In this document: positions 10,604 through 21,591 of the stretch, piece by piece
Layout: each line of letters opens with the position of its first letter
Position numbering within the stretch: position 1 is the stretch's first letter
Origin: a virus
Length of the DNA stretch: 64,000 nt
IMG/VR virus record: IMGVR_UViG_3300047550_006118
Span: 4,536-68,535 of that record
Direction: 5' to 3' (one strand)
The notes under the pieces: generated by a model
Seen by the model: the letters and a program-made list of their open reading frames with translations, nothing else
What the model was told of the DNA's origin: nothing
Databases searched by the model: none
Program-made: the position numbers and the translations under genes

Positions 10604-11290
10604 ATGAAACTGGTCGAACGGCACAACTATACAAAGCTTACCAGGGAGGACGGCGGTCCGGATGGACGGAAATACGTTGACCCGTTTGGTAACAAGCTAC
10701 CGAGCGTGACAACGATACTTGATCACACGAAATCCGAGGAGTCGAAGAAAGCCCTAGAAGGGTGGAGGCGCAGCATCGGAGAAAAGAAGGCCGCCGAAAT
10801 CACCCAAGAAGCGGCATTCCGCGGTACGCTGATGCATTCCTATCTCGAGAGGCATCTCCGCGGAGAAGATCCGAAACCTGGTACCAATTTCTATCATCAG
10901 CAAAGCTTCAAGATGGCGGCAGTGATACTTGAGCACTACATCAGGCCATTTTTGGACGAGGTTTGGGGACTGGAAACGGCCCTTTACTATCCGGAGCTAT
11001 ATGCCGGAACGACGGACATGGTTGGTCTGTACCAAGGCAAGCCGAGCATCATCGACTTCAAGCAAACCAATCGGATGAAGACCGACGATAGGGTCCAGGA
11101 TTACAAGGCCCAGCTGGCAGCATACGCGGCCGCCCACAATGCCGTGTATGGTACCGACATACGGCAGGGAGTGATACTCATGTGCTCAAAGGACCTGGAA
11201 CCACAGCGCTGGATATTAAGCGGCGAGGAGTTTGAGCACTATACCAATCTTTGGTGGCAGCGCGTCGCGCAATACCACCGGGTGGATTGA
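10604..11290 (+). CDS. PD-(D/E)XK exonuclease (MGME1/Cas4-like phage exonuclease)
   Basis: LPSVTTIL, RGTLMH, YAGTTD...IIDFKQ and QLAAYA motifs. Confidence 0.85.
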   Translation: MKLVERHNYTKLTREDGGPDGRKYVDPFGNKLPSVTTILDHTKSEESKKALEGWRRSIGEKKAAEITQEAAFRGTLMHSYLERHLRGEDPKPGTNFYHQQSFKMAAVILEHYIRPFLDEVWGLETALYYPELYAGTTDMVGLYQGKPSIIDFKQTNRMKTDDRVQDYKAQLAAYAAAHNAVYGTDIRQGVILMCSKDLEPQRWILSGEEFEHYTNLWWQRVAQYHRVD

Positions 11291-11295
11291 TCCAG

Positions 11296-11619
11296 CTATC
11301 CTCGCTTGCTAGCCCACATGTTATCTATGAGATTTGGATAAGGACGACCGGCCCGATTGGCCCTTGCACGGGCGGCTGATTTCTGCGCAGGCGTTAGCTT
11401 CTTGCCCTTTTTCTTTGGTCCCGGCTCGTCCCAGACCTCCTCCCGAACGGCATCTTTCCCGTTGGTCCTCGCTACCGGAGGAACCCCGTCCTTGGTGACA
11501 AGATTACCAAACTTAGCTGCTTGCCTACGGACCTCATCCGGGTGCATGCCCTTTGGCATGTTAACGCCGGGCACCACCAGCCCAACCCCGGCGGTCTCTA
11601 GTATATCAGATATGCGCAT
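11296..11619 (-). CDS. small basic late protein
   Basis: MRISDILE N-terminus; late promoter GTAAATA on the - strand at 11638-11644; C-terminal RPYPNLIDNMWA. Confidence 0.65.
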   Translation of the reverse strand: MRISDILETAGVGLVVPGVNMPKGMHPDEVRRQAAKFGNLVTKDGVPPVARTNGKDAVREEVWDEPGPKKKGKKLTPAQKSAARARANRAGRPYPNLIDNMWASKRG

Positions 11620-11697
11620 CGAATCATCCCCCGGCGGTATTTACCAGGGGACGGAATATCGCAAGAGCAGGAAAAATTCTCCTTCTCTTGCAATGAT

Positions 11698-12861
11698 TTA
11701 CGGAAACAATTCCATCAGCTCTTGCTTGCTGGACGTGTATCCGGAATTCGCCCATCGGTTCTTCATGATTCCGATGCGCCTGCTGAACTCCGGTCCAGGG
11801 GTTAGCCCGGCGGCAATGAGATCGTTGCCGCTGACCGGAAAGACCGGCACCGGCCATTCGGCCAGCACGGCCCTCTCGAACGGATCAGCCATGGAGATGG
11901 CAGCCAGCTCCGTCGCGTCCTCCCTGGACCAACCCAGGACCGCCATCGCGTAGAACGGGCTAAGGGGTTCGCCTCCGCTGTTTCCCCACCTCAGCTTTTC
12001 TGCCAATCGTATTTCCGCGCCGCTTGCCTTCCACTTGCGGAGGATGGACTCAGCCTCCTCTTCGTAGAGGGCAACCATGAGCGTAACCGGGTTTCGGCTG
12101 ATCTCGGACACGTCCCTGGCGAGGGTGAACCGGCTTGCCTCGTCGGGAAGATCGATGTGCTTGGCTACACCCATCTGGTGGATCTCCGACATGATGTATG
12201 TGCCATCATTGCCAGAGATGATGCGGCTAACCTCGCTCCATACCCTTTCCCGGCTGATTCCCTGCAAACCCGACGCGAGCTGCTCGATCGCCCTCCTGGC
12301 TGAGTAGCTCATGCTCATGCCAAATCGCCCGCGGAAGCGGAACCAACGCAGGATGCGCAGGTAGTCCTCGCGGATCCGCGTCTCGGCATTGCCCACGAAC
12401 GCCACCAGACCATCGTAGAGGTCCCTGTGCCCGCTAAATGGATCAATCAGCTCGCCATCCAGGGTGAGGCTCATGGCGTTGATGGTAAAATCACGCCGCT
12501 CGAGGTCCTTGATCCAGTCCCGGGTGTAGGCCACCGTGGCACGCCGGCCATCGGTCTCCACGTCCAAGCGCAGGCTGGTGATCTCATACGGGACACCGTC
12601 GAGCACTGCCGTGATGGTCCCGTGCTCAATCCCGGTCTCGATGTAGCGGATCCCGGCCGCCTGGTAGATCTGGATCTGTTCCGCCGGATCAGCGTCCGTG
12701 CAGAGATCCACATCCTTTGGCGTGATCCCGGCCAAGAGATCACGCACGCAGCCGCCCACGAGGCGGATGTCAAATCCCCTTGCCTGGAACAGCTTCCTCA
12801 TGTCCAAGAGGGCCGGTGTTAGCAGGGACCCAGCGTCCATGATCTCATCCTCCGATTCCAA
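11698..12861 (-). CDS. cca: CCA-adding tRNA nucleotidyltransferase / poly(A) polymerase family
   Basis: VGGCVRD, DVD, RRDFTINA, EDYLRILR and SRER motifs; true start may be ATG 12840. Confidence 0.9.
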   Translation of the reverse strand: MESEDEIMDAGSLLTPALLDMRKLFQARGFDIRLVGGCVRDLLAGITPKDVDLCTDADPAEQIQIYQAAGIRYIETGIEHGTITAVLDGVPYEITSLRLDVETDGRRATVAYTRDWIKDLERRDFTINAMSLTLDGELIDPFSGHRDLYDGLVAFVGNAETRIREDYLRILRWFRFRGRFGMSMSYSARRAIEQLASGLQGISRERVWSEVSRIISGNDGTYIMSEIHQMGVAKHIDLPDEASRFTLARDVSEISRNPVTLMVALYEEEAESILRKWKASGAEIRLAEKLRWGNSGGEPLSPFYAMAVLGWSREDATELAAISMADPFERAVLAEWPVPVFPVSGNDLIAAGLTPGPEFSRRIGIMKNRWANSGYTSSKQELMELFP

Positions 12862-12951
12862 TGCCTATTATAGCACGGTTGCTAGCAGGATCAACCGATA
12901 TCCAAGTCATAGCTAAATATGAGGGTAAGTTCGCACAGGAAAAATCCATCC

Positions 12952-15174
12952 ATGGCCATAACCTCTATATCTAGAATGCAACAACGACGAGGCCTTCGGG
13001 CAGATCTTCCACCGGACCTGGCGGAGGGTGAGTTCGGATGGTGCCTAGACACCCGGGAGCTGTTCATAGGAAACGGACCAGGATACGGGAGAAACAGCAG
13101 CATCCTCACGGAGCACAGCCCAAATGACGTCCTCATAACGAATCGCTTCCGCACCTACGATACCCAGATGGACGCGTCGATAGTCCGTGGCCTGGGCAGC
13201 AAGCTAAATGACATCGCCAGTGTCAAGGATTTTGGGGCCAGAGGTGATGGAACCCAGGACGACGCTCCATACATCAACGCGGCAATCCATCAGCTATTGG
13301 CCAGCAATGGCGTTATAACCGATTCGAACATCGCGACCAGGGTCGCATTGCGCCTGCCGGCTGGCGTGTATCGGATCTCATCTCCGATCCTGCTTTACCC
13401 ATACGTTACCCTGATCGGAGATGGCATAGATCGCACCATAATACTCGCTGACGACGCGTCGACGATGGATTGCATGCTGAGAACGGCCGATAGCAAGGGG
13501 AACATTGATTCCAACATCGGGAATGGCGGAGCCATCCTACCAACAAGAATTGCCATCGCCAACCTCACCGTCAGCACCAACACCAGATCGATCAACATAG
13601 CGCTGGCGCAACGATACCAGAGCATGAGGTTCGAAAGCGTGAAATTCATCGGAGGATACGCCCTCGGGGATGGCCTCACCGGTGTGCATGCAGGTGTTCA
13701 TCTGGAAAGCATCGGAAACGGAACTCCGACGTATGACGCACAGTTCGTTTCCTGCGAGTTCACCAATCTAACCTACGGCATCCTTGTTGATGACCCGGTG
13801 ATATACACAATGGTATCACAGAGCCTCTTGCATGGCCTGTATCGGGCGATCAACATCGGAGAAAACGCCAACTACAACGGACCGAGCTACATCAACGCTA
13901 CCAATACCAGGTTTTACAACACCGAGGACCGTGCCATCGCGGTATATTCGTCGAATCCTGGCATATCCAGTTCTTCCAACAGCTTCTATAACTGTGGCCC
14001 GGCAACACCGATTTTCTGGGACGTTCCTAGCACTCTCAATTCCAGCATCGCCGACGTGTTTGATACCATACCAGGAATATTGGACCTAGGAACGTCTAAC
14101 CTGATCGCGGATGCGCAGCAGAACAACCTCCCTGGTGGTGGCACGGTTACCAGCGTTGGAGCATCCGGTGGATCCACCGGAATGACGTTCGCCGGCGGAC
14201 CTATTACCTCGTCCGGAACCCTGATCCTCGGAGGCACCCTGGGTACCAACAACGGTGGTACGGGCCTAACTGGACTGCCCACCAGCGGCCAGCTGTTGAT
14301 CGGCAACGGCACGGGATTCACATTGGCCGCGCTTGCGGCAGGATCCGGAGTAAGCATCGTCAATGGACCCGGTAGCATCACCATAGCCGCAACCGGTAGC
14401 GGGACCGGAACGGTTACCAGCGTGAATGGATCCGGTGGTACCACCGGGTTGACCGTCAATGGCGGACCGATATCAGTCAGCGGTACCCTCACCCTCGGCG
14501 GTGTTCTCGCGGTTGGATCCGGAGGCACTGGGCTGTCTTCCGTCCCATCAAACGGACAGATCCTGATCGGCAATGGAGCCAGCTACACGAAATCCACGAT
14601 AACGGCCGGCAGCGGTATATCGATCTCCAATGGTTCCGGCAGCATCACCATATCCTTGAACCCCAGCAGCGTTCTCGGGGTCGCAAACGGCGGGACCGGC
14701 ATAACCACGGTTCCGACGAATGGTCAGCTCCTCATCGGCAATGGCAGCGGTTATGCAGCAGCGACGCTAACCGCCGGTCCAAACGTGACCATATCGAACG
14801 GCAGCAGCAGCATTGTCGTTGATGCCGTCGGCGGATTTAATGGCACCGTGGTGACCAACATCAGCAATACCAACGCCTCGATCGATCCAACATCGGGCGC
14901 CCTGCGAGTCGTTGGCGGCGTTGGCGTCGGCGGGAACGTGAGCGTCGGCGGAAACGTGATCATCTCCAGCAGCTGGCCATCGGTGATATCACAGTCAACC
15001 ATGAGCATAACGGCGCCCACCAGGGTGGAGATCACCTCCTCTCCGTTCAGGGTTGCCCAGTTCACCACAACGGAACGCGACGCCATTTCGGCCGCCAACG
15101 GCGACATCATCTATAACAGGACGACCAACAAGTTTCAGGGGTATGCCAACGGGGTCTGGGTTGATATTAGTTGA
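12952..15174 (+). CDS. tail fibre/spike with pectate-lyase-like beta-helix and Gly-rich repeats
   Basis: N-terminal QRRG..LP..LAEGE.GW..DT.ELFIG anchor, SVKDFGARGDG..DD motif, repeated GTVTSV...GGTG modules. Confidence 0.8.
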   Translation: MAITSISRMQQRRGLRADLPPDLAEGEFGWCLDTRELFIGNGPGYGRNSSILTEHSPNDVLITNRFRTYDTQMDASIVRGLGSKLNDIASVKDFGARGDGTQDDAPYINAAIHQLLASNGVITDSNIATRVALRLPAGVYRISSPILLYPYVTLIGDGIDRTIILADDASTMDCMLRTADSKGNIDSNIGNGGAILPTRIAIANLTVSTNTRSINIALAQRYQSMRFESVKFIGGYALGDGLTGVHAGVHLESIGNGTPTYDAQFVSCEFTNLTYGILVDDPVIYTMVSQSLLHGLYRAINIGENANYNGPSYINATNTRFYNTEDRAIAVYSSNPGISSSSNSFYNCGPATPIFWDVPSTLNSSIADVFDTIPGILDLGTSNLIADAQQNNLPGGGTVTSVGASGGSTGMTFAGGPITSSGTLILGGTLGTNNGGTGLTGLPTSGQLLIGNGTGFTLAALAAGSGVSIVNGPGSITIAATGSGTGTVTSVNGSGGTTGLTVNGGPISVSGTLTLGGVLAVGSGGTGLSSVPSNGQILIGNGASYTKSTITAGSGISISNGSGSITISLNPSSVLGVANGGTGITTVPTNGQLLIGNGSGYAAATLTAGPNVTISNGSSSIVVDAVGGFNGTVVTNISNTNASIDPTSGALRVVGGVGVGGNVSVGGNVIISSSWPSVISQSTMSITAPTRVEITSSPFRVAQFTTTERDAISAANGDIIYNRTTNKFQGYANGVWVDIS

Positions 15175-15280
15175 TTTATCACGGCGTTGCCATGACATAC
15201 TGATCAATGCGTAGCGTCTTAACTTTTTGATCCGATCAAACACCATGGAATCTCTTCGAAAATCCGATACAAGATCAGCC

Positions 15281-15793
15281 ATGAACAATCCGTTTATGAA
15301 TGGCAGGAAATACCTGTCCAAATCATGGAGAAATCTCAGATCAACCCTGACCTCCGATCTGAGCGATATCGACCATTTGACGATCGTGTGTGAGTTCTGG
15401 AAACAAGCTCCGATGCGCCCCAGGGTACTGGACTGGGATGATCCATTGACATGGCCAGAGGCATGGAACATGATGCACGAGGCTGAGTTTGATGAAAGCT
15501 CAATCGCCCTCGGCATGTTTTATACTCTGTTGCTATCGGAGGACCAGAGGTGGACGGCAGATCGGATGAAGCTCATGCTGATCAGGGACCATGGGATGCA
15601 AATACAAAGGATGGTGTTGCTGATCGATGATCGATGGCTGATGAACCTCGACCATGGAAGGATCATGGAAAAGGATGGCATCATGCCCCAGTTGATGGTA
15701 CAGCAGAGGTATCGGTATGATGGTAAGATGCATGCAATTGAGTCCAAATCATCCAGCCGAGGTCCGGGCAAAACAAATGACAACCAGGCCTGA
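15281..15793 (+). CDS. conserved hypothetical phage protein
   Basis: WP.AW and IALGMFYTL motifs; start uncertain (15227-15281). Confidence 0.6.
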   Translation: MNNPFMNGRKYLSKSWRNLRSTLTSDLSDIDHLTIVCEFWKQAPMRPRVLDWDDPLTWPEAWNMMHEAEFDESSIALGMFYTLLLSEDQRWTADRMKLMLIRDHGMQIQRMVLLIDDRWLMNLDHGRIMEKDGIMPQLMVQQRYRYDGKMHAIESKSSSRGPGKTNDNQA

Positions 15794-15868
15794 TGAAGGT
15801 TAAATAAGAAGCTCTCGGTGCAGCCCCACCACAGAAATCATCAGGATAACCAATGAGGATTACCAACC

Positions 15869-18208
15869 ATGGCCACCCATAAGCATGGAGAAATATACGT
15901 CACCAAGAGAGACGGACACAAGGAGCTTCTTAACATCGGCAAGTGGCAGGCACAGGTTGCCAAGATTTGCCAAAACGTGGCCGATGTAAGCCAGTCCATG
16001 ATTGAAATCGAGGCACAGCCTCATTTCTACAATGGAATAATGACCAAGGAAATAGACGAGATAACGCTTAGGGCGGTGGTCAACCTAATAGACGTCGAAA
16101 CAAACCCGGACGTTGGCCATACCAACTACCAGTATGTTGCCGGTAAGCAGCGGCTTTCCATGCTGAGGAAGGACGTGTACGGGGGATATTCGGTGCCCCA
16201 TCTGTATTCCATCGTTCGGAAAAACGTCGGCGCCGGTGTCTATACCGATGAGCTCCTGTCTTGGTATGACGAGGATGAGTGGAACCGCATGGAGGATATC
16301 ATCGACCATGACAAGGACGAGCAGTATTCCTATGCGGCTATAGAGCAGTTCATCGAGAAGTATCTCGTTAGGAACCGGGCAACCAAGACCATTTACGAAA
16401 CACCGCAGGTACGATACATGATCGCGGCTGCCACCGTGTTCCATGCCGAGCCAAACAAGGTATCGCGCATGAAGTACATCAAGGAATACTACCAGGCCGC
16501 TAGCGATGGCCTGTTCACGTTGGCAACACCGGTGTTGGCCGGACTTGGAACCCCGACCCGCCAGTTCAGTAGCTGCGTCCTGATCAAGAGCAACGACAGC
16601 CTGGATTCCATCTTTGCATCAGGCGAGATGATGGCCAAGTATGCCAGCAAGAGGGCGGGTATCGGATTGGAGGTCGGCCGAGTACGCCCGCTTGGTTCCC
16701 CGATACGTGGCGGAGAGATCACCCACACCGGGATGGTGCCGTTTCTCAAGAAATGGTTCGGGGATCTTCGCTCCTGCTCCCAGGGCGGCATAAGGAACGC
16801 CAGCGCTACGGTGTTTTGGCCGGTGTGGCATTACCAGTTCGATGACCTCATCGTGCTCAAGAACGGGCAGGGAACCGAAGAAACCCGCGTTCGCCACATG
16901 GATTACGGCGTGGTCCTTTCCTCATTTTTCTGGAGGCGTTTCAAGAACAAGGGCAACATAACCTTCTTCGACCCGAACGAGGTCCCTGATCTGTATGACG
17001 CTTTCTACAAGAACCCTTCGCTATTCGAAACCCTCTATGTGAAGTATGAATCCGATCCGACCCTTCGCAAGAAGACCATGTCGGCCGAGGAGGTTTTCAA
17101 GGGAGGCATATTCAAGGAACGCACCGACACCGGTCGGATATATCTGGTCTTCATCGACAACGTGATCAACCAAGGACCGTTTGATCCGGAGTTCCACACC
17201 ATATATCAAAGCAACCTTTGCCAAGAAATACTGCTACCGACGAAGCCATTTGAAAGGCTCGATGACGCCGAGGGAAGGATCGCCCTCTGCACCCTTGGAT
17301 CCATAAACTGGGGATCATTCCGAAATCCCGAGGACATGCGCAGGGCATGCCGCATATTACAGCGCAGCCTGTGCAACATACTTGATTACCAGGACTTCCT
17401 CAGCATACAGAGCAAGCTCAGCAATGACGAGATACAGCCGCTAGGCATCGGTGTTACCAATCTGGCATACTGGCACGCCAAGCGAGGATTCAAGTACGGA
17501 GAACCGGATGCGCTGGCGGAAGTCAAGCAGTGGATGGAACACCAGGCATACTATCTCACCGAGGCAACCGTTGAGCTTGCCCAGGAGCGTGGTGCATGCT
17601 TGCATAGCAGCAAGACCCGCTATGGCCAGGGCATATTCCCATGGGAGCTGAGGGCCGGGGCCGTGAACGAACTGACCGATTTCACGCCTGAGCTGGATTG
17701 GGAATCGCTGCGCGAGAAGATGAAGCTGCACGGGGTCCGCAATGCCACCCTGATGGCCATCGCACCGGTCGAGTCGAGCTCGGTGGTGATCAACTCAACC
17801 AACGGCATCGAGCTACCGATGAGCCTGATCTCCACCAAGGAGAGCAAGGCTGGATCCCTGGTGCAGGTGGTACCGGAATACCACAGGCTCAAGAACAAGT
17901 ACCAGCTGATGTGGGACCAGACCGATTGCATCGGCTATCTCAAGACCGCGGCCGTGATGGCGGCATACATCGATCAGAGCATCAGCACCAACACCTTCTA
18001 TTCTCCAAAGCACTTCCCGGGTCGCAAGGTACCGGCCACACTGATCGCCAAGAACATCATGCAGGCCCAGAAATGGGGTCTCAAGACCCTGTATTACAGC
18101 CTCATTGACAAGAAAGGGTCGAAGTCCGCAACTGAGGAGATTTCTACATCTCCTGAACCCGTCATCCAGGAGATGGATGACGAAAAATGCGATGCTTGCA
18201 CACTCTAA
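15869..18208 (+). CDS. nrdA: ribonucleotide reductase class Ia alpha subunit
   Basis: N-terminal ATP cone (VTKRDG), QFSSC, SNLCQEI, LYY and C-terminal CDAC. Confidence 0.97.
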   Translation: MATHKHGEIYVTKRDGHKELLNIGKWQAQVAKICQNVADVSQSMIEIEAQPHFYNGIMTKEIDEITLRAVVNLIDVETNPDVGHTNYQYVAGKQRLSMLRKDVYGGYSVPHLYSIVRKNVGAGVYTDELLSWYDEDEWNRMEDIIDHDKDEQYSYAAIEQFIEKYLVRNRATKTIYETPQVRYMIAAATVFHAEPNKVSRMKYIKEYYQAASDGLFTLATPVLAGLGTPTRQFSSCVLIKSNDSLDSIFASGEMMAKYASKRAGIGLEVGRVRPLGSPIRGGEITHTGMVPFLKKWFGDLRSCSQGGIRNASATVFWPVWHYQFDDLIVLKNGQGTEETRVRHMDYGVVLSSFFWRRFKNKGNITFFDPNEVPDLYDAFYKNPSLFETLYVKYESDPTLRKKTMSAEEVFKGGIFKERTDTGRIYLVFIDNVINQGPFDPEFHTIYQSNLCQEILLPTKPFERLDDAEGRIALCTLGSINWGSFRNPEDMRRACRILQRSLCNILDYQDFLSIQSKLSNDEIQPLGIGVTNLAYWHAKRGFKYGEPDALAEVKQWMEHQAYYLTEATVELAQERGACLHSSKTRYGQGIFPWELRAGAVNELTDFTPELDWESLREKMKLHGVRNATLMAIAPVESSSVVINSTNGIELPMSLISTKESKAGSLVQVVPEYHRLKNKYQLMWDQTDCIGYLKTAAVMAAYIDQSISTNTFYSPKHFPGRKVPATLIAKNIMQAQKWGLKTLYYSLIDKKGSKSATEEISTSPEPVIQEMDDEKCDACTL

Positions 18209-18226
18209 TGATCCACGAGGACCAAC

Positions 18227-19324
18227 ATGTCAAAAGACCAATATGATCTTTCAACAAAGACCAACTACCTGAATCGAAGCATGTTCCTGGATCCGGCCGG
18301 ACCGGTGACCATCCAACGGTTCGAGGAATTTCGCTATCCGAAGATATCTAGATTTGAGCAGGAGCAGCGCGGATTCTTCTGGGTACCAGAGGAGATCTCC
18401 CTGACCAAGGATGCTAGCGACTTCAAGGAGGCCAGCGAGGCGGTCAAGCACATCTTTACCAGCAACCTCCTGCGACAGACCGCGCTGGACTCCCTCCAGG
18501 GCCGTGGTCCGGTGCAGGTATTCACACCGGTGGTGTCTCTGCCGGAGATGGAAGCGCTGGTGATGATATGGAGCATGTTCGAGACCAACCTGCACAGCCG
18601 CTCCTACAGCCACATCATCAGGAACATCTACAACGTTCCAAAGGACGTGTTCAATACCATCCATGACACGGCGGAGATCATCAGCATGGCCGCCAACATC
18701 GGCAGATACTATGACACGCTGCACATGCTCAATTGCAAGAAGGAGCTTGGCATCGAGGTCGGCGAGCAGGAACACATCGATGCCATATGGCTAGCCCTCA
18801 ACGCATCCTACGCACTCGAGGCCCTGAGGTTCATGGTCAGCTTTGCTACCAGCCTTGCCATGGTTGAAAACAAGATCTTCATCGGCAACGGCAACATCAT
18901 CAGCCTCATCCTGCAGGATGAGCTGTTGCACAAAGAATGGACCGCCTACATCATCAACCAGGTGGTCAAGGATGATCCTCGTTTTGCCTCCTCCAAGGCA
19001 AGATGCGCCGACGAGGTCTACAGGATGTACGCGGATGTCATCAAGGAGGAAAAGGAATGGGCTGACTACCTATTCAAGAAGGGTCCGGTCATCGGCCTCA
19101 ATTCCAACATCCTCAAGGATTTCGTCGATTACACCGCCTCTACCGCGCTGAAGGAGATCGGCTTGAAATGGTCGACCGCACCAAAGACCTCGCCGATTCC
19201 CTGGTTCTCCAAGCATTCTGACACCAGCAAGAAGCAGGCGGCATTGCAGGAGACCGAGAACACCAGTTACGTTATCGGCGTGATGAGCGATTCCATCAAC
19301 TACGACGAGCTACCGGATCTGTGA
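18227..19324 (+). CDS. nrdB: ribonucleotide reductase class Ia beta subunit
   Basis: FFWVPEE, ETNLHSRSY, LEALRF and DELLH diiron motifs. Confidence 0.96.
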   Translation: MSKDQYDLSTKTNYLNRSMFLDPAGPVTIQRFEEFRYPKISRFEQEQRGFFWVPEEISLTKDASDFKEASEAVKHIFTSNLLRQTALDSLQGRGPVQVFTPVVSLPEMEALVMIWSMFETNLHSRSYSHIIRNIYNVPKDVFNTIHDTAEIISMAANIGRYYDTLHMLNCKKELGIEVGEQEHIDAIWLALNASYALEALRFMVSFATSLAMVENKIFIGNGNIISLILQDELLHKEWTAYIINQVVKDDPRFASSKARCADEVYRMYADVIKEEKEWADYLFKKGPVIGLNSNILKDFVDYTASTALKEIGLKWSTAPKTSPIPWFSKHSDTSKKQAALQETENTSYVIGVMSDSINYDELPDL

Positions 19325-20028
19325 GCGAACCGGTGCGGATAGCGGTGATAACCCCGTATCACCTCGAAAGCATAGACGTCCTAACTCGCTGCTATTCGTC
19401 GGTTAGGGCTCAAACGTATTCAAACTTCGTCCATGTTTTCGTCGCTGATGGGTTTCCCAATCCATCGGTGGTAAACCTGCCAGGGATAGAGCAGATATCC
19501 CTACCGAAATCACACGGAGATGCCGGTGCAACGCCCCGTGCCGTTGGTGCCATATCCATGTTTAGCCGCGGATTCGATGCCGTGGCATTCCTGGATGCTG
19601 ATAACACCTACCAGCCAGATCATCTGTCGACCATGGCAAGTGTCATGGTGAGATCTGGTACCGGAGTGGTCAGTGCTACCCGCAACATCTGCACCACGTC
19701 TGGCGAGAACCTCTACGTCGATACCATCGAAAGCACCGGGACCGATTTTTGCGACACCAACTGCATGTTTCTTGGCAGATCAGCGCTGCATCTGCTAACA
19801 TACTGGATCACCGAACCGGCTGCGAGGCTATGGAGCGATCGACGGTTTTGGTCGGCGATAATCAGTTCCAACATCAGCAGGGCACATTGTCCACACCCGA
19901 CGGTTAACTACCATTCTCGTTGGGCATGGCACTATCAGCAGGCAGGCAGGACGCCTCCCGGCGATAGCGTGTGGATCAATGTCGACGGCAAAGGGAACCT
20001 AATACACCAATACCACATTTCCAAGTGA
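19321..20028 (+). CDS. glycosyltransferase family 2
   Basis: AVITP, SVRAQTY, VADG and FLDADN (DxD). Confidence 0.85.
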   Translation: MSEPVRIAVITPYHLESIDVLTRCYSSVRAQTYSNFVHVFVADGFPNPSVVNLPGIEQISLPKSHGDAGATPRAVGAISMFSRGFDAVAFLDADNTYQPDHLSTMASVMVRSGTGVVSATRNICTTSGENLYVDTIESTGTDFCDTNCMFLGRSALHLLTYWITEPAARLWSDRRFWSAIISSNISRAHCPHPTVNYHSRWAWHYQQAGRTPPGDSVWINVDGKGNLIHQYHISK

Positions 20029-20038
20029 AAGGATTAAA

Positions 20039-20302
20039 ATGAAGGCCGAAATCTACACCAAGACCTCATGTTCGTTCTGTGATCGAGCCAAGACCTTGCT
20101 CAACGACAAGGGCATCGAATACCAAGAGTTCATAATCAGCCCCGGGTTCGGGGAAAAGACCCTTGGGCCGAACCAGTCATATGTTACCAAGGCTGCGCTG
20201 CTCGAAAAGGCACCAAATGCCAAGACGGTTCCTCAGATTTGGTTGGAAGGTAGCTACATTGGTGGATATACCGAGCTCGATGCGTTTTTCAAGCGGAGCT
20301 AA
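20039..20302 (+). CDS. grx: glutaredoxin
   Basis: CSFC active site, TVPQI and IGGY. Confidence 0.93.
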   Translation: MKAEIYTKTSCSFCDRAKTLLNDKGIEYQEFIISPGFGEKTLGPNQSYVTKAALLEKAPNAKTVPQIWLEGSYIGGYTELDAFFKRS

Positions 20303-20336
20303 TGTGGCCGGGTAAATAACCGAGAGGTATTGACGC

Positions 20337-21197
20337 GTGCCATTAAATCCACCCAGCTATAGCGGCCAAGACGTTTGGTTTAGTCCTGATGTGTTTGCCA
20401 ACAAGAGCGAGATAGCGCTGTGGCAACCTCCACAAGCCAGGGAGGAGGCTACCGATCCTGCCCTGCAGGCGTGGACCAATGGATGCGAGATCAATGCACC
20501 CGGTACGGCGGAAAGCGCAAACCAGGCGGCGGCATATCGCCAGCGCCTGGTTGAAGCCGGAATAGTACCTGAAGCGCAGATGCTCGAGGCCGGCAAGATA
20601 CAACCAAACTCGGCGGATGCATCAAACAATTCGCAGACCAGGCAACCTCCGCCATCGGCTACCAGCACGGATGGAGTTGAAAACCTGGGAGACTATCCGG
20701 CTTCCTTGCAGCTCGGAAGGAGCTGGACCCTCGGGCAGATGACCCTTCGCCCGTGGGTCTCGTTCCAACACATCATACCTCCCGGAGGCCATGCTGGCCT
20801 GACCCGTGGGCAAATAGTCGCAAATCTCAAGCTGTTAGCCCTAAACATACTGGATCCGATCAAGGATCGATATCCGGATGTTTTCTGCACATGCTCGTTT
20901 CGAAATGAAGCAGCCGGCGCCACCAACCAACATCCAAGGGGCATGGCGGCCGACCTACAGTTCAACCGAACGCAGAAAAGCAAATACTATGACATCGCGA
21001 TATGGATCAGGGATAATCTACCATTTGATCAGCTTCTGCTCGAATACGTGAGCAGCCCGTCGGCATGGATACACGTTAGCTACAACCCGAGAGGCCCACG
21101 GCCCTATGGACCTTGCAAGGTTGGCACCATGCTCAATCATAGCTTTGTTAACAGGGACGGATTGACCAACATGGCACCGAGGATCAACCTTCCTTGA
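20337..21197 (+). CDS. peptidase M15-family protein (Zn D,D-peptidase fold; virion-associated lysin or endolysin)
   Basis: SFR...QHPRGMAADL...FDQLLLEY...WIHVSY (H-x6-D ... H). Confidence 0.8.
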   Translation: MPLNPPSYSGQDVWFSPDVFANKSEIALWQPPQAREEATDPALQAWTNGCEINAPGTAESANQAAAYRQRLVEAGIVPEAQMLEAGKIQPNSADASNNSQTRQPPPSATSTDGVENLGDYPASLQLGRSWTLGQMTLRPWVSFQHIIPPGGHAGLTRGQIVANLKLLALNILDPIKDRYPDVFCTCSFRNEAAGATNQHPRGMAADLQFNRTQKSKYYDIAIWIRDNLPFDQLLLEYVSSPSAWIHVSYNPRGPRPYGPCKVGTMLNHSFVNRDGLTNMAPRINLP

Positions 21198-21264
21198 TTT
21201 CGTAGGTTGCGTTCAAAATAGAACAATCGTATCCTGGTTGATATCCAATATAGGAGAAGCATTC

Positions 21265-21591
21265 ATGCTGATAGAAAAGTTCCCGATCACGAACGACGTG
21301 GTCTCACTCAAGATCTCCAATGGTGACGAGATCATCGGTCGCATTGCCGACATCAACGACACGTCGGTGACCATATCGAAGCCGATGATGATGATCCTTT
21401 CCCAGGATCGTAACGGAAATCCGGGGATACAGATGGTCCCGTTCTGGATGCTCGGCGGGGACAAGGATACCAAGCATGTGATCAATCGATCCCACATCGT
21501 TTGCATGATCAAGGCGAGCTCGGAGGCTGTGAAGGGATATACCGCGCACACCTCTAGCCTGGCGATACCAAACACCGGCCTGATCACATGA
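21265..21591 (+). CDS. Sm/LSm-like small beta-barrel protein
   Basis: VVSLKISNGDEIIGRI resembles the Sm1 pattern; AGGAG RBS. Confidence 0.55.
   Translation: MLIEKFPITNDVVSLKISNGDEIIGRIADINDTSVTISKPMMMILSQDRNGNPGIQMVPFWMLGGDKDTKHVINRSHIVCMIKASSEAVKGYTAHTSSLAIPNTGLIT

Noticed and set aside
15869-19324. Introns or inteins in nrdA/nrdB (also checked in the topoisomerase genes)
   Set aside because: The reading frames are continuous, of normal length, and show no intein motifs.
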